Source: Ascidiella aspersa
Lineage: Eukaryota
DNA: 64,000 bases
Reading direction: 5' to 3'
Assembly: GCA_963924565.1 (NCBI GenBank)
Contig: OZ004607.1
Span: 15,500,001 to 15,564,000 of the forward strand
A model generated the notes under the pieces. That model saw only the letters and a list, made by a program, of their open reading frames with translations, was not told the origin of the DNA and did not search any database. Positions 12,001 to 27,000 of the stretch are shown piece after piece (the first letter of the stretch is position 1; the number at the start of each line of letters is the position of its first letter). The translations under genes were made by a program, and so were the position numbers.

Positions 12001-15000
12001 CTTCACGGCGTAAGTGCGACCTTGAGCAAGTTTGTTGCTCATGAGAAGCAGTATCTGACCCGACAAACTTCTGTTACCATTAACGTCAGGAATTCTGCCA
12101 AACTGTTCCAGCTTTAGTTTCTGTTGGATAAAATCCTGAAATGCATAAAGTTGATGAGTGCTTTGTATTGTGAGATGCCATCAACAGTCAAAATATGTCG
12201 CTGATCTACCTGAAAATGTACATTCGGAGGTAATCCGGCGATTTTATCCTCATTAACCAGTCGATCCCCTTCAAGATCTAGCGGAGTAACCAAATGTGCG
12301 TTCCGGTTCTGATTGCGCAGCTGGTTGACGAGATCCAAACCAGACATGTTTCCAAATAATTGCAACCCGGCCGGCGAGTTGGCATCTGTTTGTTGCTGTC
12401 GAAACGCTGTTAAACAACAAAAGTCGTTGATAGACTGTAATTGTATGCAGGGGCGCAATAGGGGAGACTGGTTTGTCGGTATGCCAGCCCCTTCTAACTG
12501 CGAATGTCAATGTAAAACGCAACCAAATGTAGCAAACTTTTATCCAGTTTGCCTTCCTAATTTGGATTCTGTTATTTATTTTACTTCGTAAATGGCAAAA
12601 GTTTTGCGCTTTGCGCAAATTTAATTTGTCGTTTTATAGGTTTCATAGGTTTACAATTTTAGCCAATTTAATTAGTTGATGCATATTATTGTTAGCGCTT
12701 CGGTCAGGTTTTTTGTAAGGGTTTCAACTTATACGTTAACGGCGCGCGTGATTTGGCATAGCAGGTTTCAAAGGTTACAGTTTAGTATGAGCCATATGAT
12801 GAAACTAACTTTATGAATCGTAAAATGTAACGGCGAACTTACCCTCGTGTGTTCTGTTTATGTGGGTCGCAAACCTTCCACCCGCTAATCCTTCGGATGG
12901 GCCAGCTTCTCTGGAGGTTGGTTGATCACGCGTGCCGCTGCTCTCGTATATTTCTATACTCGAAAATGTAGCTATGTAATATTTTGGTGTACATTTTTGC
13001 AAAAATATTCATTGCTAAAGGTTCTTCGATTTTTAAGATAATTTAAGGAAACGAGCAACATCTCATTTTTCTTACCAAACATATTATAGCTGTTAGGATT
13101 GGCTGGCAGAGCTCCAGCCGAAGGCGTTGCCCCAAATTCCGCCAAGTCAAGGAACTCAAATCCACCTGGGTTGTTTGGAATTCCCGTTTCTAAATTTAAA
13201 TGCTAAACACTTAAAACGCTTTCAGTAATCAATATTATTATTATCTAATTGCGTGTACCTCCTACTTCTTCCCAAGTGAAACTTGAGACGCTCACGCCGT
13301 CGCTTTCGTTCTCCTTGGGATGAAACTTGTCTTTACTTGTGGGTAGCTGTCCGTGAAAGTTTTCGTCATCTATAAAGGCTCTTATTTTATATGACTATTG
13401 ATACAAGTTAAAATAAACCTACTTACAGTGTTGTGGCTTCGGGCCATCCAAAGACGATTGGTTCGAAAAAGCTTGGTCAATATCGAACTGGGTAATTGAT
13501 TCTGAAAGTTTATAATTAATTATACTGCTGCATCAAAGTCTTTGGTTAGAAATCGTGTTTCTTGGCCAGTAGTATGGGTCGATCCAGGTTGGGGGCAAAT
13601 TATTTTTGTGGGTGTATTATTCTGTTTTTAAAATTATTCTCAAATCCGTATTACTTACCATTGTTGATGGAGTTGGATGACCAACCGTAAATGTTCTCAA
13701 CACTCGGTTCAACGCAATTGGATAATGCTAGGAAAAATTTATAGAGATATAATCATAATTGAAAAATAGATGGAACGATTTTTTCTTTATATATGTTTAT
13801 TTAATTTACTATTCTACTTACCATTTGAATTTGGTTCATTGCCATCGTCCACAAGAGAGATGGTCCAGTCGAAACGAACATGACCACCGTCGCAATTGCT
13901 GCATTCGGCAAACAGCAACGTTTCAGCTTGCAGGTTTACTGAGGACTTGGTGCATGTTGGACAATGAATATTTACGCTGTAAATGACATACGTGGTTGGC
14001 ATAATGAAGCATTTATTATAAGTTTACGCTACACAAAGTACACCATCATTTAACTTTACGGATTTTAGTTAATCATTAAACGTTAAATGCGGCGTTTATT
14101 AGCGACAAAAAAGTATAAACTTACTGTACGACTTCATTTTCGTCAACAATCTTGACGACAGCCGTAGCGGTGACAGTTTGTCTTTCATGTTTGGAAACAT
14201 CAACCTGCGATGGAATGATTTAAGAAGCATTATGATAACAGATCATTTCTCAATAAGCTTCAGTACCTGGAAAACGAATGTTGAAAAATCCCTATTGAGA
14301 TTCTCGGTCTTGAGGACGTAAACCGGTTCATTAAAATCGATGTAGCTTAATGGCACTGCTGATGTGGCAAATGTTTGAGGTTCAAAGTACGACCAACCCC
14401 TATTGTATGATCTGACGCTAGCTTCGTCCGATTTGGTTGAGGTTGAGAAAGAAGAGGGGGCAGTCGTTGGAAGTGGCATGAAACACGATTTTTCAGGTTC
14501 ATGGAGTACAAAACATTTCCAGGAATATCTGCAAATTATGCCACAGTTAAAAATAATAACCATATAGTGAGGTTTCTTTTATTATATGCCTTAAAACTAG
14601 CATTGGATTCAAACAGTTTAAGCGAAGCACTAATTTCAACATTGGAAATAATAGAATCTTGGCAATTTTGTACGGTCATTTGCATTCACTTAAAACGTTT
14701 CATGAAAAACATAAACCTTAATTGTGAGTCTTTCGGAAAATCTGGGTCATAGCTGTGAGAGGCATCGAGCTCTATAGTAGTGTCACGTGATGTAGTCATA
14801 GTGGTCCCACCGTCTATTAAAGCCACAAGCGGCGAAGCTTCGACAAGAAAGTCAACTTGAGCGGTCGCAAACAGAACGGTCCCAACCAGTGTTGTCTAAT
14901 GGATGAAATTTTTCAGATAAAGGTAAACTAAAATCGTTAGGCAGTGAAGGGTATTAAAAAATGCCACTTACATTAACTGTAAGTTGGTAAGCTCCATACT

Positions 15001-18000
15001 CAAGAGCTCCAGACGGCAAATTAAAAAAGTGCTTTGTGCCACTAAATAGGGCACCCGAGTAGTTGACTGAATCCGTTCGTTTTCGTACTGTCCATTGGTA
15101 GTCGATTCGTTCAACGTGTGAGCAGTTAAAAGCAACATTGGCCTCCAGATTTAATGGATACGACCGAAGCTAGGTATATCATGGAAAACGACCGTTATTA
15201 ATTAGAGTAATACGCCACAAAACAACAGCATTATTTAAAACAATAAAACATTTTCTCTGTTATATAGGCCTACTGACATAACTATTATTTCTGTCGCATG
15301 TCTCTTGAAATTGGAAAAATACTTTTGTCATCGGACAGACACTTTTGTCATCTATTCCACCTAAATTTTGCTCTCTATTTCGGGAGCATACAAGGCATCT
15401 AACCAACTGCTAAGTTAGAATTTTCAGTATGCTTGTAAAATCAGCTACGTTATTTTATGTCATCCATATGTAATCTTACCACTCTTGTAGGCATCGCTGT
15501 CATCACAACTGTAGGGATTGGACAATTTTGTCTCATAACAAATACTTGTTTTTGAAACCGCAGTGTTTGTAACTCATTCCAGTACGTGTAGTTAACTAAG
15601 AAAAATCCAGGTCTACAAAAAAACAAAATGAATACCATGTCTTTTAAAATTGTATATTAAAATATGATACACAGGTTCGTATGATAATGAGTAATGATTA
15701 GGGCGAGTAATGATTTTTGACAAATTTTGACCTAAAAGTAATTTATTTTGACAAAATTTTGACCTGTTAGAAATACATTGATTTAAATAACCTAGGCGTC
15801 GTTAATCACGCGTTTTTTATACCGTATATTGCTCTAATAAAGATTTAATACGGTTAAAATAACTTTGAACATAAATCAAAACTAGTTTATTTTGATAAAA
15901 TTGAACGACGAATTTCAAAAAGCTGACTATAGTTTTTTTTTAATTTTGTAAACGATTTATGTGCATTTTTATTCGATTTTGACTTAAAATTTTTTTGACA
16001 AATTTTGACCTAATGTGTGGATTTTGACAAAATTTTGACTTTTTTTGACTAGTCAAATAATAATCACCCTAGTAATGATACATCACAATAGATGCTCATA
16101 TCTCTTTCTATGCACCCAAATTGTGGAATGTGCAATGTGCTATTAGTAATGTTCCGAAAATTAGCTTAAGCAAGCACCTAAAAAGTTTGACTGCCGTTGG
16201 CTAAAAAAAAGTTTGACCCACTGCTATATTGTTATATTTTGTTAATTCGGAAGGTTGCCCAAACCCAAAACATTTAGGTTGCTGGGCATGCTAGAGCAGT
16301 GTATCACCTTCTATTCAAACAGGTTAAATACAAACATTCAAAACTGTACGATTCTAGATAGCGTCTTCGATCGGCCAAACCACTCCCATTGCTATTCTCA
16401 TACCTTTTAAAAGCATGTAGAACCACACTGGTGTTGCGAAATATTTTTCCATCGCCCATTATCCACTCGTGTGCAGCTCCTTGCGATACCGAAGAAGTAA
16501 ACCTTTGTTGAAAAGTATTAATCACTTTTGCATTGTACAGCAACCCATATGAAAATTAAACAGGTTTAATCTTGCTGGTATAATACACTTAATGGTAGAT
16601 TTTCCTCATGTTTTATTTAATAGCCCTTTAGATTTATAACGTAGCTACTTACGTTACTTTCCTTCCAACTTTACAACTTGGAGGTCCATCCACCATTACA
16701 TGATAAACATCGTCTATCAGTGTCACCTCCAGCGGCTCAGAAGTCACTGAACTTAATTGGTTGCTAACTATACAGCTCACGTTATACCTAAACGGAAAAT
16801 GTCAGTTGTTTGTAAAAGTTGGGATATTTTTTTGAGCAAATATAAACATGTAACTATTTCTCACCGGCCGGCTTTTGCGAAGCGATACTCGGTATAGTTC
16901 CTGTAATAGACTGGTCTTTGTTTAGTCACGTTACTGGCATCCGTGAAACTCCATTTGTAGTAGCGACTTCCAGCGTTGCACGGGACGACTTCAACGGTAA
17001 AGGCGGCAAATTGCCTTGCTAACATTGTGGACTGGTTGAACTTTGTCTGAACAACAGCCGCTGCAACACAAACGTGTACCTTAAAGATGGATAAAGCACG
17101 AGGCTATATCTTTGATCAAGTAGCTTAACCGGCCACTCGGCCAAAGTTCGTATGACATTCTTCGGCTATGTTTTTTATTGTACACTTTGAAATCATTTGA
17201 TCGATCTAAATCAGGAACACATTTTCAAAACAACATTTAAATGCTATTTTGGCGAGACGGAGTATAAAATGTGAGATACTCACAGACTAATTTTCTTTCG
17301 GCGACAACCTTCTTTCTTAATATTTCGCCGCCAATCTTGTTGAAGACAATGACCCTCAACCAATGATCTCCACTCCTAGTGTATTTGTGCTTATTCATAG
17401 TAAGACCTAGTGGCAGACAAAATAAAGAAGGTTTCTGTGATATAGCTTGCCTGAATTTAGCAAATTCGCTCTCGTTTGTTATAATTAAACGTTACTTAGT
17501 ACCTGCGTTGTTGTAAACCTTCCCATCTCCCATCGTCCAATTAACCGTGAGCTGTTGTCCGTGCTTGGCCCCGATCAATCGCATCAAAGCGACTTTTCCC
17601 ACCTCGAAAACAAACGAACTGTTCGAAGCGAACGAGACATTTGGTTTGCTTTGGGCGTAGAAGAGATAAGGCAGCGATTTGCTCCGCGACGCCACCTCGT
17701 TAGTTTTGTCTCGGTAGTCTACCGTGTAAGCCGTGACGGTCACATTGTAAGCACCTTCGTCTGTTAAATATTACCACAAATGGTAAAAAAGCATCCGTAC
17801 AAGAAAAAATGATACAACACATTTCCTGGTAAAAGTTTGGTTTGAGCATTTAAAAGAAAATTCACGTTTATCGGATTTTTTTCGCCGCGTTATTTACGAC
17901 CGTAAGACTAGGACCAATAAACAAACTTGTGAAGGTGTATTCCAGCGTCGCTTGGTTGGAGACAGCCAGCGGGCCCATCCCGGCTGTTTGTGTTGAGTTG

Positions 18001-21000
18001 ACATACAGCACCTTCTCGCCAGATGCGCTCCGGTCGAGCGTGTTGTTAATGTGGAAAATAAACGCAACGCCGTGTCCGTCGCTTTGGGCCTTGAAAGTTA
18101 CTGCGTTGCATTTAAATCTGCCTTTGGTAGTCGGTTTGAGCTCGCACTTCCGAACCGACCTGATTAAAATACACGAATAATTATAATTCGTAAGTGAAAC
18201 AGATTTAATATCGAAACTAATGTTTGGTAAAATATTGTATTACAGTAACGTTAAAAAGAGTAATTAAGAAAAAATGGTACCTATTGCCCATGTTATTATA
18301 CCAAATTAAATTACTTTAATTGTATTCCGCTTGTTTTGACGTAAGGTTGAGAGACGATTACTGTGTTGATGTCGTAAAACGCTGAAATCGTTACAACAGT
18401 CACCAATTTGGCAGGCTTTGAAGAAATCTCACACTTGTATTGACCTGACAAATCAACAGGAAAACGTAAACATTTTTTTAATTTTTTCGTGCCATACTCA
18501 ATTTTGTTTTTTTTCGTTCGAAAAATGATAATCTAACCGACCTGGTTCCGAGACATGAAAAGGAACTACGAAAGTTTTCTTTCTTTCATGGTTTAAAATT
18601 GCCGTGGAAAAGTTAGTAAGAGTGTCTTGGTTCCAAGAAATTACACAGCTTAAAGCTGTGGTAAGCTGGTTGGCCTTTAGTTCTACGAAAACCTCTTCTC
18701 CAATACCGACGCGATCTGTTTAAAAAGTCAATGCATGTAAACATAATTACCATATTTTCTATAATAACTGAGTTGGTTTAAACAATTTTTGTTACCATCT
18801 CAATGTATTAGTCTTGCAGTCTTACAAGAGAAATTAATAGGTCTAGCAGTCAGGAGTTCTGGTTTTTAGTAAATATAGAAGCGACCTAATTTCAGATCAC
18901 AGTCAGCTAAATTTAGACCTGAAGAACGATATAAAAAGCATGTTGTTGTTTTATAGAGTAGGTAGAATTATTACTTCACCCATCACGGAAATCAATCAAC
19001 GTAGAAATAAAGTGTTTAGTAACTACTACTAATTATCACATGTGCCTTTGTTCCGTGATTGGTAAAACTTTCTTTGGAAAAACATTTCGATAAAATGACA
19101 TGAAAAAGCAAGGTCTCGTCGGTTTCATATAAAACCGTCTAACGAAGAAACAAATTAGATTTCCTCCATTTTTTTCTGTTTAACTTAGTCTATTCAATTA
19201 AGTCTATTTTATATTATGTCTGTTTGAGAACCATTTTACTAAACCAACCACTATTAAAACAAAAAACTTGCATGGTTTGGAAACATAACCGTTGTCGCTT
19301 TTGCGTCGTATTTCTAAAGAGTAAGGAGGAGTAGTAGTGACGTCATAGACAGTTACGAAATGCACAATTTCCCTCGTGACCAGCGCGTCTGACCACCACC
19401 GAAATGTGAAGACAACTTTATGTGTTCCGCTGTTTTTGTAGCGCCTTTTCAGGACGTATTTTGCCCATCTGAAAGTAAAGGCAAATAAAGTATAACATCG
19501 GTTATGTATCGTTCAACCCCTAAAACTTGCAAAAAAAGATGAAATAAAAAAATCAATCAATACATGCCTTAATAAAAAACAATCAATACATGTGATTTAA
19601 AAAAATATCTATATTATTTGCAATGTTATAAAATCCAATTAATTTTTTTCGAAATAATATATGTTCTTACTTGCTCTCGGACATAGAAGCGTTAACAAGC
19701 GTGAGTTGTTTCTGGTCAAACGTTTGCGACCACCCATCGTCAGACCATCGAACGTGCAATTCGAATGCTCGACTGAGGTTGACACAAAGGTAAAAAACGG
19801 AAAAGTCTCCGAGATACGCAAGTTCCGACTGACAATGTAATATAAACCATTAATGTGGTGGCAAAATGTTCAATAAATTACTTGTGTGTATGCTTTTCAG
19901 AAGCAAAATATCTTACCTTGACTCTAAATTGAGTAATAGCCTGTCGAACGTTAACAGTGAGAGAAACATTGGCGCTGCTGATATCATTGCGTACCTCCAA
20001 CCACAACTCATACTTTCCAGATTGGTTAAAATGATGTCCAAACTATAATTGAGAGGTAAATATGCTTATTGTTTATCTTCGCGTAGTGCAATGCTACAAT
20101 GAATAGTGGGCAAAACAAATACATATCTGTACTAAATACACTAACGTTAACGTGTACCTCGCGTTGGCAAGAAACTTTGCTTTCCGAAAAGTTTAGCGTT
20201 GGCGCATTCTTTCTTCGAATGCTCCAGCCAAAAATTAAATGACTGCCGTGCTTCACTTTAGCCTTCCACTCTCCAAAAGGTGTTGTATCCAAATATAGCA
20301 CAGTGTCACCCTGGAAAAACATACATTGCGGATCAAACGGTTCGAGCTATTTGCCACACACAGTTGGCTATTATACTGTCATATACAGAGGGATGCTTGC
20401 TTTTTTAAATAAACACATGAAACTAAATATTTTGTCCTACAGTAATTACCATTGCTACCTTAATTTTTATGTTTCCAATTAGTTCTTGAACCGTCACGTA
20501 TGTCGAGAACAAAGTGTTTTCTGTTCCCTGGGCTAGAAGCAATGCTTTCCATAGTCCAGGAGATCGAAACACGTGTTGCACATGTGATGCTCCCCCAACA
20601 ACAGGTAGAGACGAATTGTCGTCGGAGAAGAAGACTGGGTTCAAATATATTTTAAGACCACAGTTGTTATATTGTATAATGATGTACTTTATCAATTCAA
20701 ATGAAAATTGACTTCAATTTTTTCATGCATTTACCTAAACACTTTCTTCCGGCATCTAAAGGACAATTCGTCTTTATCGCAACATCAGCGGCCAATGCGA
20801 CCACATCCGGTAGTTGCAGTAGTTTAAACGGAGGCTTTACCATCACTAATCTTAGCGGTAACACAAGCTGAGCGGTGCTTATTGTCGACTTTGCTTCTAC
20901 GGTTGCTGAACAGTTAACATTGCCGGGACAGCTTGGGAAAATCGTCACCAGTGCCGACGCGGTTTCTATCATCAAATGTGGATCATCGGTTCCAATATGG

Positions 21001-24000
21001 AACATCCATTTGTATAAGACATCCTTCGACTTGGTTGGGAAAACTAGCAAAATAGGAATTAACTTAGTTTGCAAAAATATGATGTTGTCATACAAACGCC
21101 TATTGTAAATGAATCAACAATAGGTTTCAAATCCCTAAAGCAACAACAATCCTAATAATATGGTTTTGCATCAAATACTAACCATCGTTGATTACTGCAA
21201 TTAAAGTATTTTCTACTCCATTGTAAATGGCCGAGGAATAGGTGTTGTCGGATCTCACCACTTTCAACTGATTTATCATGGTTCCAACGGTAACACGATT
21301 CATCGCAACCAAATTTCTGCCCTTCTTGGTCACGTGATTTCTCACCCTAACAAACACTCGAAATATCCCACCGCTTCGAAACGCTTTAGTCATAAATCGA
21401 AAAATGGAAGGTCCTGAAACAGAAAAAACGGAAATTAATAGGTTTTTCATAGTATTGCTTAGAATCTTTGAAAAAACGTATTAGTATAAATGTTTTACCC
21501 GAATATGTTCCTGTTTTGTTCTGAAATGACTGAAATCCAGATCCAATAAAGCAGGAAATTTCCATGTTAATTTGAAAATGACTTCCTCTGAGCCACAAAA
21601 GGTAAAATATGCATTATATATTATGAATGAAAATAATCTTACCACATACCGGTAACTTACGATTTTAAAGAAACTGTAATTTCTGCACGGTCTCCAATAT
21701 TTAAGTGCTTCGGTGTGTCCAACTTTAGACCGGTGAGGGGTTCTTCACAACAAATATTTGCCTCTTGTTCGATGCGTGAAACAGAGTTTTGCACAAAAAC
21801 CCTGATTTTGTGGCAACCAAGTTGAGACGGCCTATGCCAAGACAAGGAAAAAAATTAAACTATTCAAAAATGGTAAAAGGATATTTAAAAAGTATAGCCT
21901 CTCTGTAAAAGTCATTGTTTAAACTTAGTTGAGCAGTTTCCAGAATACTTACACGAATATTTGTGATTCATTATAAGGTGCCAACTCTCTTAATGCTGTG
22001 CCGTTTTTTGCCCCGTTCAGAAGCCAAAATATCGTGAAGTTGGATCCTGCAACATCAACCGTGTGATATTCAGGCGTTCATCGCGTTTTGTTAAGCCGGC
22101 TATAAAATTTACCTTTCCCGACTCGTACGTTTAGTTCCACTTGTTGACCAACTCTTACGTGAGGATCGCTCGGCTGCGTCACAAGAATGACGTCACCCAG
22201 TTCCTCTTCGACAAATATGAGGCAAAACTCTTGTTCCACGTCGTAGCGACCGGACTCGATGACACGAACGAAGTACATTCCCGGTTGATTGAAAGAAAAG
22301 CCTAACGGCGAAGACCGAGGTTTTTTGTAAACCCTTTTCCTGAAACATTGCATTTTGTAAGTTGTGTTGCTTTGAGTTGCTAAATTTAAGGTGTTATCAA
22401 GCAAGCCGACTTGTGCGTACAGCAGGCCATACGTTGAGGTATAGAGGTTAAATATAGAACTTAAAGCGCTACCAATTTAACTTTATTTTGCATGCAAGCT
22501 TTATGTATATATTTTTTATGTTTACCATCGGGCTGAGGTTCGAATTTCTTGGGGGTCGTTTGGGTTGTAGGGGTCGTCCCGAATGTCTATAATCCATAAG
22601 AACACAACTCCGTTTGCCCCTCTCACTTCCATCCTGTAACGTTAGTAGCAATACCGTAACAAACTGTGAGTTCTGCAACATGATTATTCCTTAAGCCTTA
22701 AGTTACATACGTTGTCCTGTCACCGGTTCTAACCAAGTTGTCGCATATAAGAGTGTCCGTAGATTTTTTGTCACCGATTACTCGAACAGCTTGATCTAAC
22801 CTGGATGCTGTTTGGTACGACGAGTTTGAAATCTAGAACAAAATTTTGCAAAATAGGACCACGGCCATACCGCTATATAGAGTTGACTTTCAAAAAACGT
22901 GTTAAAATAAGCAATCGCAAAAACACCCCTTGGTGCATTACCTGAACATCGACTGTATAGAAGCCTGACTTTCTATAGACGTGCGAAAAATAAATGCTTA
23001 ATGTGCAGTGATCGGTGTAGCACATTGTGCAGTTGGTACTAGAGCCAAAAAATATATAATTGTTGTTAAACATACGGTAAAATTACTGCATGGTTGAAAA
23101 CATTTTCATAAATAGCCTACCTTGGTTTGTTAGAGCCTAGTTGTAATGGTGCACTTCGCCATAAACTTTCTTGTGGCAAAACCTCATTCTCGATATCTCT
23201 GTATAAAAATACGTGTCTGAGGGTATCTTCAGTCAGGGGAGGCCCCCTAGGGCCTGAGGAGTTAGCTAGGGGAGCACGAAAAACTAACTGAACAACTTTG
23301 TTTTGATTTATTTTTTTCAAGTCTTTGTTACCGGGTACACGAATATTTATTTTTAACTCCTTTTTAGTCGTGACTGACACATATCATTTTATTCCAATTG
23401 CTTAATCTCTCCTTCTCAGTGATATTCATCTTGTTCTGCAGTTTCTTAAATTGAGGTACAGTAACCTAAATGTGTACACACTGTGCAATACAGTGTTGCC
23501 AGAGATAACTGCCCCACGGCCGCATCATCACCCAAACCATATTTTAGCCAACTTTTACTATATAAATGCATATGCGCTAGTGTTCACGTTTACTACATTT
23601 TTTCCGTTAGAAAGAAATATTTTCAGCGCATAGACACCATGCACACTATGACATATTTTGTGCTTTGTGAAATTATTCATTCTAGAATGTCAATAAATAT
23701 CATTATGCTGAGAAACTTACAACTTTCCCTAATACAATTCGTAATTGTGACAAAATAAACAACTTTATTGTGCTGGTTTACATAATAAAATTGTTAAACT
23801 AACGTTAATCACAGATATCAAGGGCTTTCGCATAGTTTGCCAGGTTTACATTTAAACCCCTTTACACTATCTGTGCAGTGCTTTAATTTATCTGACAACA
23901 TTGCCTGCGTTATGCACATCATGGTGGCTATCAAATATTATTCGGAGAACAGGCGCTATAGTTTCGAGAAATGGTGTCAAGGCCCTTGACTCAAGGGCCC

Positions 24001-27000
24001 CCATAAGTTAAGGAATCCCTGATTAATTACAATATGTTGCTTTCATTAGCATGCCTGGTACCGGTATAATTATATTGTACTTACTGCGGGGCGGCACGAT
24101 TGTTAAAATCTAGGTGTCTTTCCCAATTTAAGAAGGTTTGTTGACTCAAATCAATGGACATGGAACGATCGTCGCCGAAACGAATTTCAGCATGAACTGA
24201 CTTTCGCAAATTTACTTCGACAGTGGCCTGTAGACATAGAGAATGTTCAAGTAAAGGTTAACTACAAACAAAATTTCACCAGACATTATAGCTAACCCTG
24301 AAGCACACTTTCGATCCAGTACGATAAACGGCATTCGATATCACTGGAGAAGGTTCTGGTTCCGGCGAAGACTGGGTTGAAACACTATTGGACAAGTAGA
24401 CAGTCCGACTTGGAGTTTGCTGCCAGTCGGGGATAGGGGGCGACGGACAAGTTTCCGCACAGCTTACCGTTTGAACTTGGACATTTTTTATGGTAGGGGT
24501 CATGATGACAAGATATAAAGTGTCCGTAGCCCTTCCCAAGTGATTGCTGGCCTCAACAATGACAAAGCACACTCCGCTGTGATTGAACGTAATCACCTGT
24601 GACGAAAAATCCGGATTTTTAAGATCAAAAATCATTTTTTATTAAAACCACGCAACGTTGGTGTAAACTTGAACACAAATCCACGAAAGGAACAAAAATA
24701 CTATAATTAAGGTTATAGGCTACATTATTTCTTCCAAGCCACACATTTGCAAACGAACCTGTTCGTCGACAGTGCACCTCTCCGGAGTGGTTGCACAAGA
24801 ACTGGCTTTCTGCAGGTGAGGACTTGAAGAACGTCGCTCTCGAAAGCAGAAGTTCCAGTTAAATGTCACGTTAATTCCATGCTGAATAGTCGCACGCAGC
24901 TTCACTCGATTACCTTTCATCACGGCAACGTAAGACTTAAAAACTGTTGGACGAAATCATGTCGTATATATAAAAAATTTGTCCTAAGATTTTAAGGTCA
25001 GAATAAAAATTTTACGAAAAAACAGACCCGATGATGCGACAGTTTTCGACGTGCATGAAGGCTGAAGCGAGTAGTTCAAAGCAAATCTGACTTGGAGATC
25101 CTGCGGTCGTTCAGATAGTACTATGATCTTTAGCAAGCCAGAGTCACTCGACAATATGTTGGACGCATTCACCTCTAAAAATAACTTGGTTCATTTACAA
25201 TATCAACAGAACAGCGTGATTTGCTTAAATTTATATTTATTTCAATTGTTGTGAATTTTGGAATTTTTCGCAAAAATATGACAAGGCAGTGTCAATAAAA
25301 TATATATAACTTACGGATATTACGTGGTCCCATTTTCGTAAACGTGTATTTTACCGTTAGTCGTGCCTCTGCATTGGCAACTGTCATCGTATAGCGACGT
25401 GGTGAGCTGTTCGGGTAGGCGACTGAAACGTTTACGTTACGAAACAAGCCATATTCCGGCTTGAAGTCTAAATGATGCAGAAAATATGCAAAGATGGTAC
25501 ATAAATAAGGGTTTTTGCAGATAATTAAATTAGATTTGTATCATAAAAAAAACACGAGTTACAAAGTATCGATACGAGAAAACATATTTGTCAGCAAGAA
25601 CGAATGAAACATACCTGTCCAGCGTTGAAGCCCAGAGCCCATTTTTACGACAACTTCAACTTGAAAATCTTGGTTAGCCATGGCTGTTATCGAAGAAGCT
25701 TGGACGATAACATTTGTAATATATGGCGCATCCGTTTTATAAACACTGAAAACGCGCAATCCTCCACATGGAAGGTCATAATTTCCGTCCAGACACCTAC
25801 AAAGCGCAATTTGATAAATATTAGATCAGTGATTTTGAGCCCGTGGGATGGTACGCACTTGTGCGGTTTAAAAAAAATTGTAAAGCGGATGATTAACGTC
25901 GTGCGGATGACAATGGTGCATGGTATCATTTTTTATTATGTGTAATACAGTAATCAAATAAGCTGGTGCGTCCACTTATGCGTTACAGGTACAGTAATAT
26001 GATCTCGTATAGTGGTTCATTGCAGCTTAAGATATCTAATTTATATCGGCCAAGGCTTAGGCCTTAGGCACACGGTTTTAATACAAAAACACTTTTATTG
26101 TTATTTTACAAATAAAACTAAAGGTTGCAAACTCACTGAACTTGTTTCGTGCAGAAGGAAGTTTTCCGAAAAAAAAAGTGCGGATGGAAATTGTAAAAGT
26201 TGAAAAGCACTGTTTGAGATTATTGTCTAAGTTTTTTACGAAATTGGCTATGACAGTGCTTCCCAACCTTTTTCAGTTCGCGATCCACTTTTAATGCAAG
26301 TTTTATTGTGCGACCTAAAAATAAGATATGACCAAACGAATAAAGTAACATAAAACCTGCATCTTTACTACTGGCGTACGTAGGCTACTGAAATAGTTAA
26401 TGCGACACAACACATCTAATTGTTATGTATTTGTGATATAGTTGCATAAATGTTACGTAATAATAATGCTATAGTTTCCCGATCTAATAGAAAAGTGTTA
26501 CATTTAGAAATGCTTCGCGGCCCACCATAAATAGCTTCACGACAAAGCACTTGGCTAACAGACTGTAAATGTCAGCTTTATAACATTACCTGAGATGGCA
26601 AGCTCCTTCGTCTACTTTGCTTAAGTCAGTGACATCTTGAATGCAACAACATATTGTGCCCTTTAGTACACCCGTGAATGGATATCTGGTTAAAAATATA
26701 TTTGTATATACGATGATCTATAAATATTCCTGATACATTTGAATGAAATATGTGTGGTTAATAATATCATTTTTATTATGGTGATCACGTTTACATAACT
26801 AAATTTATTTATATGTTTGTATAGGGAAGTTAATTTTTTTACAAATTCCCGCAAACAAAAAAAGAAAAACGTTTAAATGCAATTTGCAGAGCTTGGCAAA
26901 GATTGTATGTCAGGGGTTCTTAAACTGGGGTCAAAAGACCCCATGGGCGTAAGTGAACTACGTTTTTTAGTCCATGAAAACCAAACCAAATCGTAGTGCT

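Noticed and set aside
23233-24020. GC-rich-ended, CpG-poor segment in a polycystin intron, including ORF 23117-23380
   Set aside because: Probably an old transposon remnant, but I could not match TIRs or a TSD, and the flanking exons join in phase without it.
719-25945. Many plus-strand ORFs (e.g. 719-1114, 5110-5412, 6768-7094, 12313-12591, 17929-18180)
   Set aside because: They lie antisense to polycystin exons, show no recognisable motifs and form no coherent splice chain.
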